Below are positions 18,715-29,299 of a DNA stretch of 64,000 nt, piece after piece (the first letter of the stretch is position 1; every line of letters begins with the position of its first letter). Source of the stretch: Kiritimatiellia bacterium (GTDB lineage Bacteria; Verrucomicrobiota; Kiritimatiellia; RFP12; JBMNHG01); the NCBI GenBank assembly GCA_050950285.1, contig JBMNHG010000011.1:1-64000 (forward strand), read 5' to 3'. The notes under the pieces are model-generated. The model was not told the DNA's origin and did not search any database. It saw only the letters and a program-made list of their open reading frames with translations. Both the position numbers and the translations under genes were made by a program.

Positions 18715-21700
18715 CTACCAGCGGTAGTAGCGGTAGGGATCGTCGTCTTGGCGGGGGGTGTCGGCGTAGAGGCGGAAGCCGTCGGCGGGAGGGTCGCGTA
18801 GGCGGTCGAGGAAGCCGGAAGCCGGCGTTGCGCCAAGGTTGCAGGCCAGGCGCGTGACAAGCTGCGAGGCGCGGCGGCGGTTGACGCGCAGGGCGATCTC
18901 GGCGTCGTCGAACACCCACGGCGCGATCGACGAAAAGACAATCGTCCCCTTCCCGATCGACCGGGCCAGCAGAACGTCGTCGCCAAACCGGGCCAGTCCG
19001 TCGAGGTTGGACGGATAGGTCCACTGGATGTCGGCATTGGACACGCCGCGCAGCGCGGGATGGGCGCGAAGCGAAGCATGGAACGCCGGATATTCATGCC
19101 GCGAACAAGCCCGCGCCCCCAGTCCGGGAAGCAGGGTGTTGGCTTCGACCGCCGAAACGCCCAACACGAGGACGTTCACGCCGCGCTCCACAAGCGGCGT
19201 CAGACTCCCCCCCACCTTCACGCCGGGGCCGAAGACCAGCACGTCGCCGGGCTTGGCATCCTCTGCGGATGCGGCGGCGGCAAAGGGAATTTTGAGGGTG
19301 TGCAGCGTCTTGGCGACCGCGTCGCCGCCCTCCAGCACCCAGGTCGTGGCGGCGGCGGCGGCGGGCAAAGGACGATCCGCCTGCTCAAGCACGGCGGCAA
19401 ACGCCTCTTCGGCTTCGGGCGAGCGTTCGGTGCGTCCGGACACCTCAAGCTGGCAAAGCATGACGCGCACGCCGGGCTCCGTGTATTCCAGGACGGGGGC
19501 GTACTGCAAATCAAAGCCGCCGTGGACTCGCGCGCGAAAGTCGCCAACCGCCGGCTTCTCGGGGAGCACGCCCGCGACCAAGCCGCGGTTGCCCGCGCGC
19601 CAGACGCGCCGGTTCTCGAAGCCCTCCCACTGGCGGACGGGGAACTGTCCGCTCATCTTGTCTTCGTCCAGCGTCTCGGGCAGGAGCGTGGCATTGCCGC
19701 GCCAGTCGGTCAAGTCGAGCGAATCGAAGGCGCCGTCGAGCGAAAAGAGATTGCGCAGGCCATATTCCTGCGTACGGAACCCGAGCGCGGAGAGCGTCGC
19801 CGCGTCCTGCTCAAGAACGACGATCTTCACGCCGGCGCGTGCAACGGCGGCCAGATCGAAGGGCACGCGATCAAGCGCCCGCCGCCCAATGACGAGCAGA
19901 CCGTCCCCGGGCGCGGCCTTCGCCTCTTCAAACGGCACGCCGACCGCCGTCAGCAACGCCTTCGCCGTGCCTTCGGGATCGACGACGCGCACCGACGACG
20001 CGAGGCGCGCCTTGCGCGCCGCCGGAAGCACGCGCAGGGCGAAAGCGTCCTGCGCGCTCCACTGGCCCGCCTCCGTCCCTTCCACCACGCGGAAGTCGGC
20101 ATGGATCTGCGCCCTGCCGGGCGCATGCGTGGCGGGAATCTTGACGGCGATCGGGACATCGGCGCGCCCGCCGGGCGCGATCTCGACGCGCCCCTCGGCC
20201 TTCGCGCCCACGCCGGGAACCACCCAGCGCCAGGCGATCGTCTGGCTCCGGCGGGTGTCGTTGAGCATCACGAGCGACTTCTCCAGCGTCTCGCCGGCGC
20301 GGCAGGCGTCGTTGACGACGGTGAAGCGATCCGTCGGCCCGGCGATCCAGCCGAGCAGCGGCGCATGGGTTTCGCGGAGGACGCAGCCGACGCCGCGAGG
20401 CAGCTCGTCGGCCTGGTCGAAGAGTCCGTGGTAGTAGTCGCTCTTCACGACGCCGAAAGCCTTGATGCCGTCGAGCGCCCCCGCGCGGGGGACGCCGCCG
20501 CTTGGAAGCGCCGGGTTGTTGGTGAAGAACGTGCCGCCGTCCATGTCCCACGGCAGGAAGGACGTCACGCCCCGGGCGCGCATGTCGCGGTAGTTGCGCC
20601 GGGCGTACATCGAGAGCACCTCGTGGGTGTCGGCCTCCTCGATGAGCGGCTGGGTGAAGTTGCCGCCGTAGTAGGACGGCCGGTTGCCCTTGAGCTTGTA
20701 CTGGTGGCGGTCCATCAGCAGGCGCTTGGACGGCGAATCGCCAAACGCCCGCTCGCCCAGGAACGAGGCGTTGAACTCGTTCATCCAGCATTGCTGCGTC
20801 CAGTCGCGGGCGGACCAGATGTTGACCTGCTTCGGCCCGCCGCGGTAGCTCGACCAGCTCGCGATGTGCGGCGTGCCCCATTCGACGAGGAAGAGCGGCA
20901 CCACCCCGTGCCGCTCCCAGTGCTCGAACCAGTCGCTGCGCTCCTGGATCGGCGCCCAGTTCAAGTAGCAGTTGAGCGTGTAGAACGTCCCGAGCGCGCC
21001 GGATTCATGGTGATAGACGGGGCGCGTCGGGTCGAACTCGCCCATCTTTTCGTTCACGACGAGCGCGAGCTTGCGGAACCGCTGGCGCCAGTCGATGATG
21101 CCGGTGGGAATCTCCTCCGGCTTCCCGGAAATGATTTCCGGGTTCTGGTCGCTCTCGTACCCCGTCTGGTTGTGCGTCGAGGACCAGTAGAGAAGCCCGG
21201 GCACGTTCTGGAAGCGCTTGACGATGTACTGGACGAGGCGGTCGTAGGCGGGGCCGTACTGCCAGTGGTGGGGGTTGTCGGGATTGTCGAAGCGGTTCGG
21301 GTGCGGCAGGCCGATCGTCATCGCCATGCCGACCCGGCTCGTCTCCTTCAGCGTCAGCTCGATCATCGAAAGGTCGCCTTCCGAAAAGCCGTAGTTCGCC
21401 TCCGACACGAGCGAATTGAACCCGGCGGCCTTCATCTTGAGCGCCGCCTGGCGGACGTCCTCGCCGCTCACCGCCCCTTCGACGGGGTAGCGCGTGTTCC
21501 GCGGACGAAAGTGAACGACCGAGCCGTTGAGCAGCAGGTTGCGCCCCTCGATCCGGATTTCGCGGAACCCGAATTCCTCCGGGTACCCCTCGTCGATCGT
21601 CCTGCCGTTCCGCTCCAGACGCATCTTGAGCGTGTAGAGATTCTGCGGCGCATCGAGATCCCAGAGCTTGGGGTCCGTCCAGGCGCCTCCAAAGACGAAG

Positions 21701-23673
21701 CGCTTGCCTTCCTCGACCGCGAACGCCTCCGAGGCGAACGTCTTGACCCGCCTCTCGCCGTCGTACACCTCGGCGACGGCGCGGAGCCCGCGGACGGCGT
21801 CCGCCGCCGCATCCGCGCATTCAAAGCCGACCGAGAAGTCGAGCCGGCCGTCCTTCACCGAAGGACGGCACTGCACGTCCGAGATCCGCACGCCCTTTGG
21901 CTCGGCGGCGAGCCAGACGTCGCCATGGACGCCGCGGCAGTTGACCGCCTTCTTGGTGAACGTGCGCGCCGTGTCGGGGGCGTCGAAGGCCGTGACGAGC
22001 GTTTCGGGAAGTTTCGCCGACGTGTAGAAGGCGATTTCATGGGCGCCGGGTGCAAGCGCGTCCGTCAGACGGATCTCCCCGCCGGGGAAGAAGACTTCGC
22101 CGGCCTTTCGGCCGTCCACATAGACGAGCACGGCCGAGGGGATCCACGCGAAACCGAGCTTCACCTCGCGCCCGCGCCACGCGTCGGGAATCGCCACCGT
22201 GCGCGCGTACCACGCGCCGTCGAACTCGCCGACCTCGCGTCCGAACACATCCGCGCCCCGTTCGTCGTAGACGGCCATGCCGTTGCGGACGTGGCCTCCC
22301 TTCGACGGCCACTTGCCGGGGACCTTGAAGAACAGATTCATCGCCGCCGTCTTCGGCGCCGCATCGAGGCTTTGGGGCCGATCCTCGGGCTTGAACGCCC
22401 AGAGGCCGTTGAGGGAGATCTTCTCGCGTGTCAGGGTCCTGACCCTGCCCGCATCCGCCAAGCTCCACATCGCCTCGCGCGACGGCATCGCGACCATCGG
22501 CGGGATGGCCGCGACGGCGGTCGCGGGCGGCAGGTCGAACACGGGCGCCGCCTTCGCCCCGGGCCGGGCCTCGACCACGGCGAGGACCTTCCGCGCAATC
22601 CTCCGATGCCCTTCAAACCCTGGATGCACGCCGTCGGGCGCGCGTTCGCACGGCTCGTACATGCGGGGATCGCCGAAGAGGTCGGTGACATCGACATAGA
22701 CGGCGTAGTCGCGGAACTTCGGGCCGTTGAGCGCCTTCGCGAGCGCGTCGTTCAGGACGGCCGCCTCCCGCCCGTGCTCGGCATACTTGCCGCCCTCGCG
22801 GAACGCCTCGACATTGTCGCCGCCCACGACGACAACGAGCGCCTGCGGATTCTCGCGATGCAATGCCTCGACGAATTCGAACAGGCGGTAGGCGACGTCC
22901 TCCCCCTTGTTCTTGTAGAGCAGGTCGTTCGTTCCGATGGTGAAGGCGATCACGCCGGCCCGGCGAATCCCGGCCAGCATCCGCTCTCGCGTGACCCCGC
23001 CGACGTCCGAATCGAACGCCTGGTTGTGGTTGGCGCTCCGCGTGAGCACGCTGCGCCACGCGGACAGGCGGCTGCCGGCCTTGGCGTCGTTCACGTACTC
23101 CAGTCCGAGCCCGTCCGCGACCTGCTTCGCCCACGCCTTGCCGGGGCCGCCCGCCTTGGTGCCGAACGTCATCGAATCGCCGATGGCGTAGACGATGCCC
23201 CGCCCGGTCTTCCGCTTGCCGACGACTTTGCCGTCCGAGCCCGCCGTCCAAATCGAAAGGTCGAGCGGGGCGTATTCCGCGCGGTACTCCGCATCCGCCG
23301 TGATCGTCACCTCCGCCCATTTCGGATGGAGCTTCTTCCGCGAATCCCTCCAGCCGACGAACATCTTGCCGTTGTAGTTGCCGGGATGTTCGAGGACGAG
23401 CCTGCCGGTCGTTTCGACAAAAACGGGCTCCTTCCAGTTCGAGATGAATTTCGCGGTGTAGGTTTCGTCGGCGAAAACATCGCCGACAACGAAAACGGAC
23501 AAGGCAAGGGCTACTAACTCGGCCACAAATAGCGCTGCGCACGGAGATTTAGGCATTGGGAGCTGGAATTTGGAGCTGGGAGCACGGACATTCCTGTCCG
23601 TGTCACGGGTTGGAAAACCCGTGCCCCTGTTTTGCAGTATGAATTGTGGCCGAGTTAGTAAAAAAGTCTTCAC
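18715..23673 (-). CDS. Large secreted protein with an SGNH/GDSL esterase domain and a GH2-like glycoside hydrolase
   Basis: GDSMT, GTND and DGVHP (SGNH); ISLNGLWAF, PKLWD..PQNLY and FGFREIRIEG..LLLNG (GH2-like). Signal peptide is interrupted in frame by a MITE. Confidence 0.8.
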   Translation of the reverse strand: MKTFLLTRPQFILQNRGTGFPTRDTDRNVRAPSSKFQLPMPKSPCAALFVAELVALALSVFVVGDVFADETYTAKFISNWKEPVFVETTGRLVLEHPGNYNGKMFVGWRDSRKKLHPKWAEVTITADAEYRAEYAPLDLSIWTAGSDGKVVGKRKTGRGIVYAIGDSMTFGTKAGGPGKAWAKQVADGLGLEYVNDAKAGSRLSAWRSVLTRSANHNQAFDSDVGGVTRERMLAGIRRAGVIAFTIGTNDLLYKNKGEDVAYRLFEFVEALHRENPQALVVVVGGDNVEAFREGGKYAEHGREAAVLNDALAKALNGPKFRDYAVYVDVTDLFGDPRMYEPCERAPDGVHPGFEGHRRIARKVLAVVEARPGAKAAPVFDLPPATAVAAIPPMVAMPSREAMWSLADAGRVRTLTREKISLNGLWAFKPEDRPQSLDAAPKTAAMNLFFKVPGKWPSKGGHVRNGMAVYDERGADVFGREVGEFDGAWYARTVAIPDAWRGREVKLGFAWIPSAVLVYVDGRKAGEVFFPGGEIRLTDALAPGAHEIAFYTSAKLPETLVTAFDAPDTARTFTKKAVNCRGVHGDVWLAAEPKGVRISDVQCRPSVKDGRLDFSVGFECADAAADAVRGLRAVAEVYDGERRVKTFASEAFAVEEGKRFVFGGAWTDPKLWDLDAPQNLYTLKMRLERNGRTIDEGYPEEFGFREIRIEGRNLLLNGSVVHFRPRNTRYPVEGAVSGEDVRQAALKMKAAGFNSLVSEANYGFSEGDLSMIELTLKETSRVGMAMTIGLPHPNRFDNPDNPHHWQYGPAYDRLVQYIVKRFQNVPGLLYWSSTHNQTGYESDQNPEIISGKPEEIPTGIIDWRQRFRKLALVVNEKMGEFDPTRPVYHHESGALGTFYTLNCYLNWAPIQERSDWFEHWERHGVVPLFLVEWGTPHIASWSSYRGGPKQVNIWSARDWTQQCWMNEFNASFLGERAFGDSPSKRLLMDRHQYKLKGNRPSYYGGNFTQPLIEEADTHEVLSMYARRNYRDMRARGVTSFLPWDMDGGTFFTNNPALPSGGVPRAGALDGIKAFGVVKSDYYHGLFDQADELPRGVGCVLRETHAPLLGWIAGPTDRFTVVNDACRAGETLEKSLVMLNDTRRSQTIAWRWVVPGVGAKAEGRVEIAPGGRADVPIAVKIPATHAPGRAQIHADFRVVEGTEAGQWSAQDAFALRVLPAARKARLASSVRVVDPEGTAKALLTAVGVPFEEAKAAPGDGLLVIGRRALDRVPFDLAAVARAGVKIVVLEQDAATLSALGFRTQEYGLRNLFSLDGAFDSLDLTDWRGNATLLPETLDEDKMSGQFPVRQWEGFENRRVWRAGNRGLVAGVLPEKPAVGDFRARVHGGFDLQYAPVLEYTEPGVRVMLCQLEVSGRTERSPEAEEAFAAVLEQADRPLPAAAAATTWVLEGGDAVAKTLHTLKIPFAAAASAEDAKPGDVLVFGPGVKVGGSLTPLVERGVNVLVLGVSAVEANTLLPGLGARACSRHEYPAFHASLRAHPALRGVSNADIQWTYPSNLDGLARFGDDVLLARSIGKGTIVFSSIAPWVFDDAEIALRVNRRRASQLVTRLACNLGATPASGFLDRLRDPPADGFRLYADTPRQDDDPYRYYRW
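23512..23660. mobile_element. MITE with 15 bp TIRs and TA target duplication (IS630/Tc1-like ends)
   Basis: TA-CTAACTCGGCCACAA ... TTGTGGCCGAGTTAG-TA; a second copy lies at 57535-57677; internal REP-like palindromes. Confidence 0.88.
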
Positions 23674-23683
23674 GGGAAAACCT

Positions 23684-25864
23684 TTACCGAAGAATGAAGC
23701 AGGTGCCGACGTCCGGCTCGACCGTCACCAGCGGACGGAAGGCGGGATCGATGCCATCGACGAGATACGCTGCCGCCCACGTCGTGTCCCTGCCGCGGAT
23801 GTCCCCATCCGCCGCATAATCCAGCCAGCACTTCCCCGTCGAGTTCGTGATCGACTTTTGCGCGCGGTAGATGCAGGTCGTCACCTTCTTCGTTGCGGAC
23901 TGGCCGTCGAGGTACGGCGTTTCGAGCGAAGCCGGCGGGACGCCCTTGAACGTCACGTTGGTCAACGCCGGCATGTTGTTGAAAATGGTATGGCCGAGCA
24001 GAGAGAAATTCGGCCCGACAATGATTTCGCCGACACCCTCCATCGAGCCGAAACTGCCCGAATAAATGCCAGTGTCTTTGTTGAAATGAAAGGCCAGCGA
24101 ATCGAACCCGCTCAGATCGAGCTTGCCGACATTGTGGCAGCCTTGAAACGGCCCGTAGGTCGTGCCGTCAAGGTACCCGCCGCTCATCGCGGGATCAAAC
24201 ACGATGTTGGTCAACGTGGCGCAGTCGAGAAACGCCGCGTTGAGCCAGTTGCAACTCAGCCTCTTAAGATCGGGGCCGAAGACGACGGACGTGATTGGCA
24301 CACCATAAAACACGCCGCGCTCGATCGACGAGATGCTGTAAAGACGGAGATCCTTCTGCCCCGTCGTCTGCGGAACCCCTTGGAACGCATAGTCCCCGAC
24401 AACCTTTACGGAGTCTGGAAGGAACGGGGTCACTTCAGCGAGGTTGGTACACATGCTGAAAGCGTATCCCCCGATCGTATGAAGCCAGGATTCCGGCAAG
24501 ACGAGCCTGCCGACGTAACCCGCCGCAGAGGTCGGTTCGATGTAATCGACGCGCGTCTTGCCGTTTGCATACCCAAAGGCAGGCGACACATTGACAAAGG
24601 CGAGCCAGTTCCCGTTGGTGTCGGTGACCGATGTCGAGAAATCGAGCTCCGACACCGTGGACGGATGCGAAACCCAGGCGCCGACCGTCAACGCCTTGAT
24701 GCCGTTCAACGAGGCGTTGAATTTCCACCCCTGCCGCGTGCTTTCGACGGTGGTTCCGTCGTAAACCCAATCGCCGAGCTCGCCGCCGCTGTCGCTCATG
24801 TGAACCAGGAAAAGGTTTTTTGAATAGGCGTCGGGCACCAGCGCGGAATCCCAATGGGAATCGAGGGCGTTGATCTCGCCGTTCTCGCAATACTGCGCCC
24901 AATCGTCCTTGTACGCTTCGGGAACGACCGTGTAAAGATCGTAAAGCGAGGTTTTCGTCGTGTAATTGTAGATCCGGTACAGCGACGTCCCCGTGATGGC
25001 GGGCGGCCCCGCCGTGAATTCAATGACATCCAGACTGTCCATGCTGTGGAGAAAAGAGTCCGAAATATAGGTTAGCGACGAGGAAAGGATGAGCTTTTTA
25101 ATGTCGCCCTTGTAATCGTAGAAGGGTCGGGAACCGAGACTGGTGAAACCGGAAAAGTCGATCGTTCCCGTCAACTTGGAACAATAGGCGAAAACACTTT
25201 CGCCGCTGATCGCGCCTTCGGACATGGCCGGATCGAAATTGACCGTGGTCAACTCCTTGCAGGAACCGAAGCAACCTCTCTCATAGTTGCCCTGCAGCGT
25301 CTTGAGTGCGCTGCCAAACGTCACGTCGGTAATGGACGAGTCGTAAAAGCAGGCTTGCGACAGGGTCACGGCGCCGCGCAAAACCAACGACTGCCGCGCT
25401 TTCACGGAATGAAATGCGCCGGCGCCAAGCGTCGTCACCGAATCGGGAAGGAAGTTGACGACATTCGTCAGATTGACGCACCCGCCAAATGCGCCCTCGC
25501 CAATCGAAGTCAAGCCGGTTGCCGGAAGCACAAGCTCGCGGAGATTCATTCCCGTTGTCGTGGTTACCGATTTTGGCCTCCAGTTGTTGGTCGTCTTGCC
25601 GAACAGGGCTCCCAACGAATCGATTGTGAAGGATGTCCCTGCTGCGTTCGTGACCGGCTTGGAAAAATCAAGCGTCGAAAATTCATCCGGACAGCCGACG
25701 CAAGGCCCGACCGTGAGGTCGGTGGCGGTGGCGGTGACATTCGTAAACGTCCAGACGCCGTCGGTCATGGTGTCGGCGTCCGGGTCGAAGAACCAGTTCG
25801 CCGCCGTGGCGGCGGTCGCGCCGAAAAGCATCAGCGAAACAAAACCCAGCAGTTTCTTTTTCAT
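23684..25864 (-). CDS. Secreted leucine-rich repeat (BspA/LRR_5-like) surface protein
   Basis: Signal peptide, repeats such as LTSIGEGAFGGCVNLTNV and LHTIGGYAFSMCTNL, two homologous halves; ends GTCFILR*. Confidence 0.85.
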   Translation of the reverse strand: MKKKLLGFVSLMLFGATAATAANWFFDPDADTMTDGVWTFTNVTATATDLTVGPCVGCPDEFSTLDFSKPVTNAAGTSFTIDSLGALFGKTTNNWRPKSVTTTTGMNLRELVLPATGLTSIGEGAFGGCVNLTNVVNFLPDSVTTLGAGAFHSVKARQSLVLRGAVTLSQACFYDSSITDVTFGSALKTLQGNYERGCFGSCKELTTVNFDPAMSEGAISGESVFAYCSKLTGTIDFSGFTSLGSRPFYDYKGDIKKLILSSSLTYISDSFLHSMDSLDVIEFTAGPPAITGTSLYRIYNYTTKTSLYDLYTVVPEAYKDDWAQYCENGEINALDSHWDSALVPDAYSKNLFLVHMSDSGGELGDWVYDGTTVESTRQGWKFNASLNGIKALTVGAWVSHPSTVSELDFSTSVTDTNGNWLAFVNVSPAFGYANGKTRVDYIEPTSAAGYVGRLVLPESWLHTIGGYAFSMCTNLAEVTPFLPDSVKVVGDYAFQGVPQTTGQKDLRLYSISSIERGVFYGVPITSVVFGPDLKRLSCNWLNAAFLDCATLTNIVFDPAMSGGYLDGTTYGPFQGCHNVGKLDLSGFDSLAFHFNKDTGIYSGSFGSMEGVGEIIVGPNFSLLGHTIFNNMPALTNVTFKGVPPASLETPYLDGQSATKKVTTCIYRAQKSITNSTGKCWLDYAADGDIRGRDTTWAAAYLVDGIDPAFRPLVTVEPDVGTCFILR

Positions 25865-26079
25865 TTTTCTTCTCCGTGGTAAAGGTGCGGACCGGCGAAA
25901 ACTCCATGTGAACGCACGATCGCCCGTTTACACTTCACTATACTACCATACCCTTGGGGAATTGAAAGTTAAGAGTTTGCAAGGGGAATGTGGGTAATCG
26001 GTTACTCGTAGGGGACAGGCCCCGAAAAGCACCAAAAAAAGTACGGGATTTAGGCTGAACGTAAGCTTGCCAAGCTAGA

Positions 26080-26241
26080 TTCGTGTTTGAAAACATGAAA
26101 AACGAGCCAATATTCGTGTTTGAAAACACTAAAAAGTGTGCAGGACAAAATCTGTCGCTTGACGGCAAAAGTGACTTTTGCTAGGCTGTTCGTGTTTTGA
26201 AACATTAAAAACAAGTCGTATTTAGTGTTTACAAACACGAA
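26080..26241 (+). promoter_or_regulatory. Sigma70 promoter flanked by two pairs of 20 bp palindromic operators
   Basis: TTGACG (26159)-17 bp-TAGGCT (26182) with an extended TG. TTMGTGTTTNNAAACAYKAA boxes at 26080, 26113, 26189 and 26222. Confidence 0.8.
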
Positions 26242-26251
26242 AGGTCAACGT

Positions 26252-27463
26252 ATGGACGACTCTGAAATTCTTTCCCTTTTGAATGCCTCGGATCGGCTGA
26301 TCCGTTCCGTTGCCATGACGTTCCGTCGCTACCTCTGTTCTCGGATCGACTGGAACGACCGGCTCATCTGCATCAAGGGGCCGAAAGGAACCGGCAAGAC
26401 GACGCTCATCCTCCAGCATATCCGGGAAACGTTCGGGACGGGCGGCAACAAAGCGATCTATGTCGCCCTCGACCACATCTGGTTTGCAACGCACGATGCG
26501 TTGGAGGCCATCGAATACTTCCACTCCCACGGATTCACGCACCTCTTTCTCGACGAAGTCCATCATTTCCCGAACTGGGCCAGCCTGATCAAAACGATTT
26601 CCGACTTTTATCCCGACCTGTTCGTCGTTTACAGCGGATCGTCCCTCCTGAAGCTCAGCGAGTCGCGAGCGGATCTTTCGCGCCGGCAGGCCGTCTATTC
26701 GCTCAAGGGGCTTTCCTTCCGGGAGTTCCTGTCTTTTGAACAAGGCATCGAGGTGCCCGTCCTTCCTTTGGAGGACGTTCTTTCCGACCATCGAAGCCTG
26801 GCCGAAGGCATTGTGAGTTCCGTCAAGATTCTTCCGCTCTTCGCCCAATACCTCGCCTCGGGGTACTATCCGTTCTATCGCTCCGTGTCGAGCCAGTTCA
26901 AAGACCGGCTTGCCGAGGTCGTGAACACGGTTCTTGACGTGGACTTCCCGGCGGTCGAGGACGTGACACCTTCAACCATCCGAAAGGCGAAGAAAATGCT
27001 GGTGATTCTCGCCAAGAGCTGTCCCCAGCAGCCGAACATGTCGGCGCTCTACCGGGAGCTGGGAACCGACCGGAACCTCGGCCTCAAGATCCTGGACGCG
27101 CTTCAGCGGGCGGAACTGCTTCTCCTCCTTGAATCGGGCGCCGCAAAACTCAAGCGCATGTCGAAGCCGGAGAAAATCTTTCCGGGGGACACGAACCTGA
27201 TGCATGCGCTCGTTCCCGCGCCGGATGTCGGGGCGCTTCGCGAGACCTTTTTCGCCAATCAGCTTCGTGCCGGCGGCCACGATGTTCTCGCGCCGGACAA
27301 AGGCGACTTCCTGGTCGATGGCAAGTTTCTCTTCGAGATCGGCGGGAGCCAAAAGGGCTTTTCACAAGTCAAGGACATCCCGGATTCCTATATCGCGAGC
27401 GACGGGATCGAACTGGGGTTCGGCAACAAGATTCCGCTTTGGCTCTTCGGATGCTTGTATTAG
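26252..27463 (+). CDS. AAA_14/DUF4143-type ATPase with a C-terminal nuclease-like motif
   Basis: Walker A GPKGTGKT, Walker B LFLDEVH, SGSS, GYYP, RETFF, GDFLVD..FEIGG, KIPLWLFG. Confidence 0.9.
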   Translation: MDDSEILSLLNASDRLIRSVAMTFRRYLCSRIDWNDRLICIKGPKGTGKTTLILQHIRETFGTGGNKAIYVALDHIWFATHDALEAIEYFHSHGFTHLFLDEVHHFPNWASLIKTISDFYPDLFVVYSGSSLLKLSESRADLSRRQAVYSLKGLSFREFLSFEQGIEVPVLPLEDVLSDHRSLAEGIVSSVKILPLFAQYLASGYYPFYRSVSSQFKDRLAEVVNTVLDVDFPAVEDVTPSTIRKAKKMLVILAKSCPQQPNMSALYRELGTDRNLGLKILDALQRAELLLLLESGAAKLKRMSKPEKIFPGDTNLMHALVPAPDVGALRETFFANQLRAGGHDVLAPDKGDFLVDGKFLFEIGGSQKGFSQVKDIPDSYIASDGIELGFGNKIPLWLFGCLY

Positions 27464-27498
27464 GCGCACAGGAGACAGCCCCCCCAAATCGTATTGCC

Positions 27499-28050
27499 TC
27501 ACTTCCGGTTTTTCCTGCGGGCGGCTTGCTGGGCTTTCCTGGCCTTTTTCGCCTTTTCGCGTTTCTTCTTTTCGGCCGAGCCTGCACCTGCCCGGGAACC
27601 GGGGTCGCGCGGTTCGTATCCGCCGTCGATGCGCTCGCGAATCAGGCGGTAATGCCCTTTGATCCGCTCTACGTAGCCGGGATCCTCGATGAGAACTTCG
27701 CGGCATAATTCCAGCGCTCCGGACGACAGTTCGCTTTGCTCGCCAAGGGGATCCAGGGACGGGCCTTTGCACTGGTCGACCTCTTCCGGGCTGGGATCCC
27801 AGCGCATCCATTTTTTGTAGAACTCGCGTGGCTCCCAGCCCCAGCTTATCGTGGCGATCTGGGTTTTCCGCCCTTTCTGCATCACGGTGAAAATCACGCG
27901 CCGGCAGTCGCACCCTTCTTCGGTACAGTACTGTTCGATGAAGGCGTATTCGCCCGGCGGAAGCCCGTGCTGGGGCGCAAGCAGCGTGATGCTTCGCGTC
28001 TCGTTGATCGCGAGCGTGGGAAAATATCGGTAGAAAGGGTAAAAAGGCAT
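27499..28050 (-). CDS. Hypothetical protein with a YC...GCDCRRV putative metal-binding motif and basic tail
   Basis: 183 aa ORF with a good RBS, a Cys cluster and a KKKREKAKKARK..RRKNRK tail. Confidence 0.7.
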   Translation of the reverse strand: MPFYPFYRYFPTLAINETRSITLLAPQHGLPPGEYAFIEQYCTEEGCDCRRVIFTVMQKGRKTQIATISWGWEPREFYKKWMRWDPSPEEVDQCKGPSLDPLGEQSELSSGALELCREVLIEDPGYVERIKGHYRLIRERIDGGYEPRDPGSRAGAGSAEKKKREKAKKARKAQQAARRKNRK

Positions 28051-28112
28051 GGTTCTCGTTCTCCTCTTTTCATTGACATAATTTGCACGGATTGCGAAGA
28101 AAATGCAAGCGT

Positions 28113-29277
28113 TTACGAGCTGGCGTATTCGCGGGCCTCAAGCACGCGCATGGATTCGTCGTCGGCGGAAAGATACGCGAGCGAAAAGGTCTCGCCGCCC
28201 GACGGGACGGACAGGACGACGTGCGCGCCCGCGTAGGCGGGTTCGGGGACGTCGTGGCAGGGTCGAGACGGCGCCATGAAGGTCGGGCAGATCGACCGCG
28301 CTCCGGGATGAAGCGCGCGGTCGGCGAGGCGCTCGATCGTGTCGGCGCTGTTCTGGCGATGGTTCCAGACGCAGTTCACCCACGCCCGGGGACGCAACGC
28401 CCGGACGAGCTTTTCGGGCATCGAGAAATAGCCGTGGTGGTTGATCTTCGCAACGGAGACGGGCGGCGCCACGTCGGCGAGACGGTCTTCGATTTCAAAG
28501 CGCTCGACGCCTTCCGGCATCTGCGCCTTGTCCGAGAAATCGCCCGCCGTGTAGAAACTGAACGCGCCGTAGCGGACGATCATCCCGAGGCTCATCCCGT
28601 TTTCGTTGATCCACTGCCTGCCGGAAAAACCGGGCTGGCAGTCGGGATAGTCCTCGTAGAGGTTGGTGATCGCGCCCGTCCTCTCGTCGGCCATGCGCCC
28701 GTTGGCGCACAGGTTGAAAATCGAAAACCCCTCCGCCCCGCCATGCAGCATCCGCACCTGGTCGCGACGGCCTTCGACGAACTTCTCGACGACGAGCCCG
28801 TCGCGCTCGACGAGCGCGTCGTAAAGCGCGCGCATGGCGTCGAGCGAACCATCGCGGTCATAATCGGAAATCCGGCACGGATCGTCGCAGTCCGGCCACG
28901 CGCGGTCGAACGCCCGCTGGAAGCGGAGCGTTTGCGCCGCGACCGGAAAGCCGAGCGCGTGGTCGGCGTGGTAGTGGGAGAGCATCAGGATGTCGACCCG
29001 GGTCTTGTCCGCCGCGGGATTGACCCGGGTCACATAACGCGCGATCCAGTCGCCGGCGTGGCGCGACGCATCCGGCAGGATCGGCGCCGGCTCGCGGCCG
29101 GTGGTGTCGATGGCGCCGCAGTCGAGGAGCATCGTCGTGCCGTCCGGGAAAATCCAGAACATCGACTCCCCGACGCCGGTGTAGATGAGGTGGATCTGCA
29201 ATTCGCCCTTTTCCCACCCCGCGCCACGTCGAGGCGGGCGGGATCTTCGGAGGTTCCTTTCGCAGACCAAACTTCAT
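28113..29277 (-). CDS. MBL-fold metallohydrolase (ComEC/Rec2-like)
   Basis: PDGTTMLLDCG, SHYHADH, NENGMS, TAGD, KINHHG; start region appears frameshifted. Confidence 0.8.
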
Positions 29278-29299
29278 TTTTGATGATGATCGACAAAGT

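Noticed and set aside
19060..23517. Very long opposite-strand ORFs (also 57663-61607, 52537-55059, 12383-14188)
   Set aside because: Shadow ORFs caused by high GC3 of the true genes; Arg/Ala-rich and without motifs.
26080..26241. Mini CRISPR array
   Set aside because: The 20 bp palindromes have 13 bp gaps and flank a promoter, which fits operators rather than repeat-spacer units.
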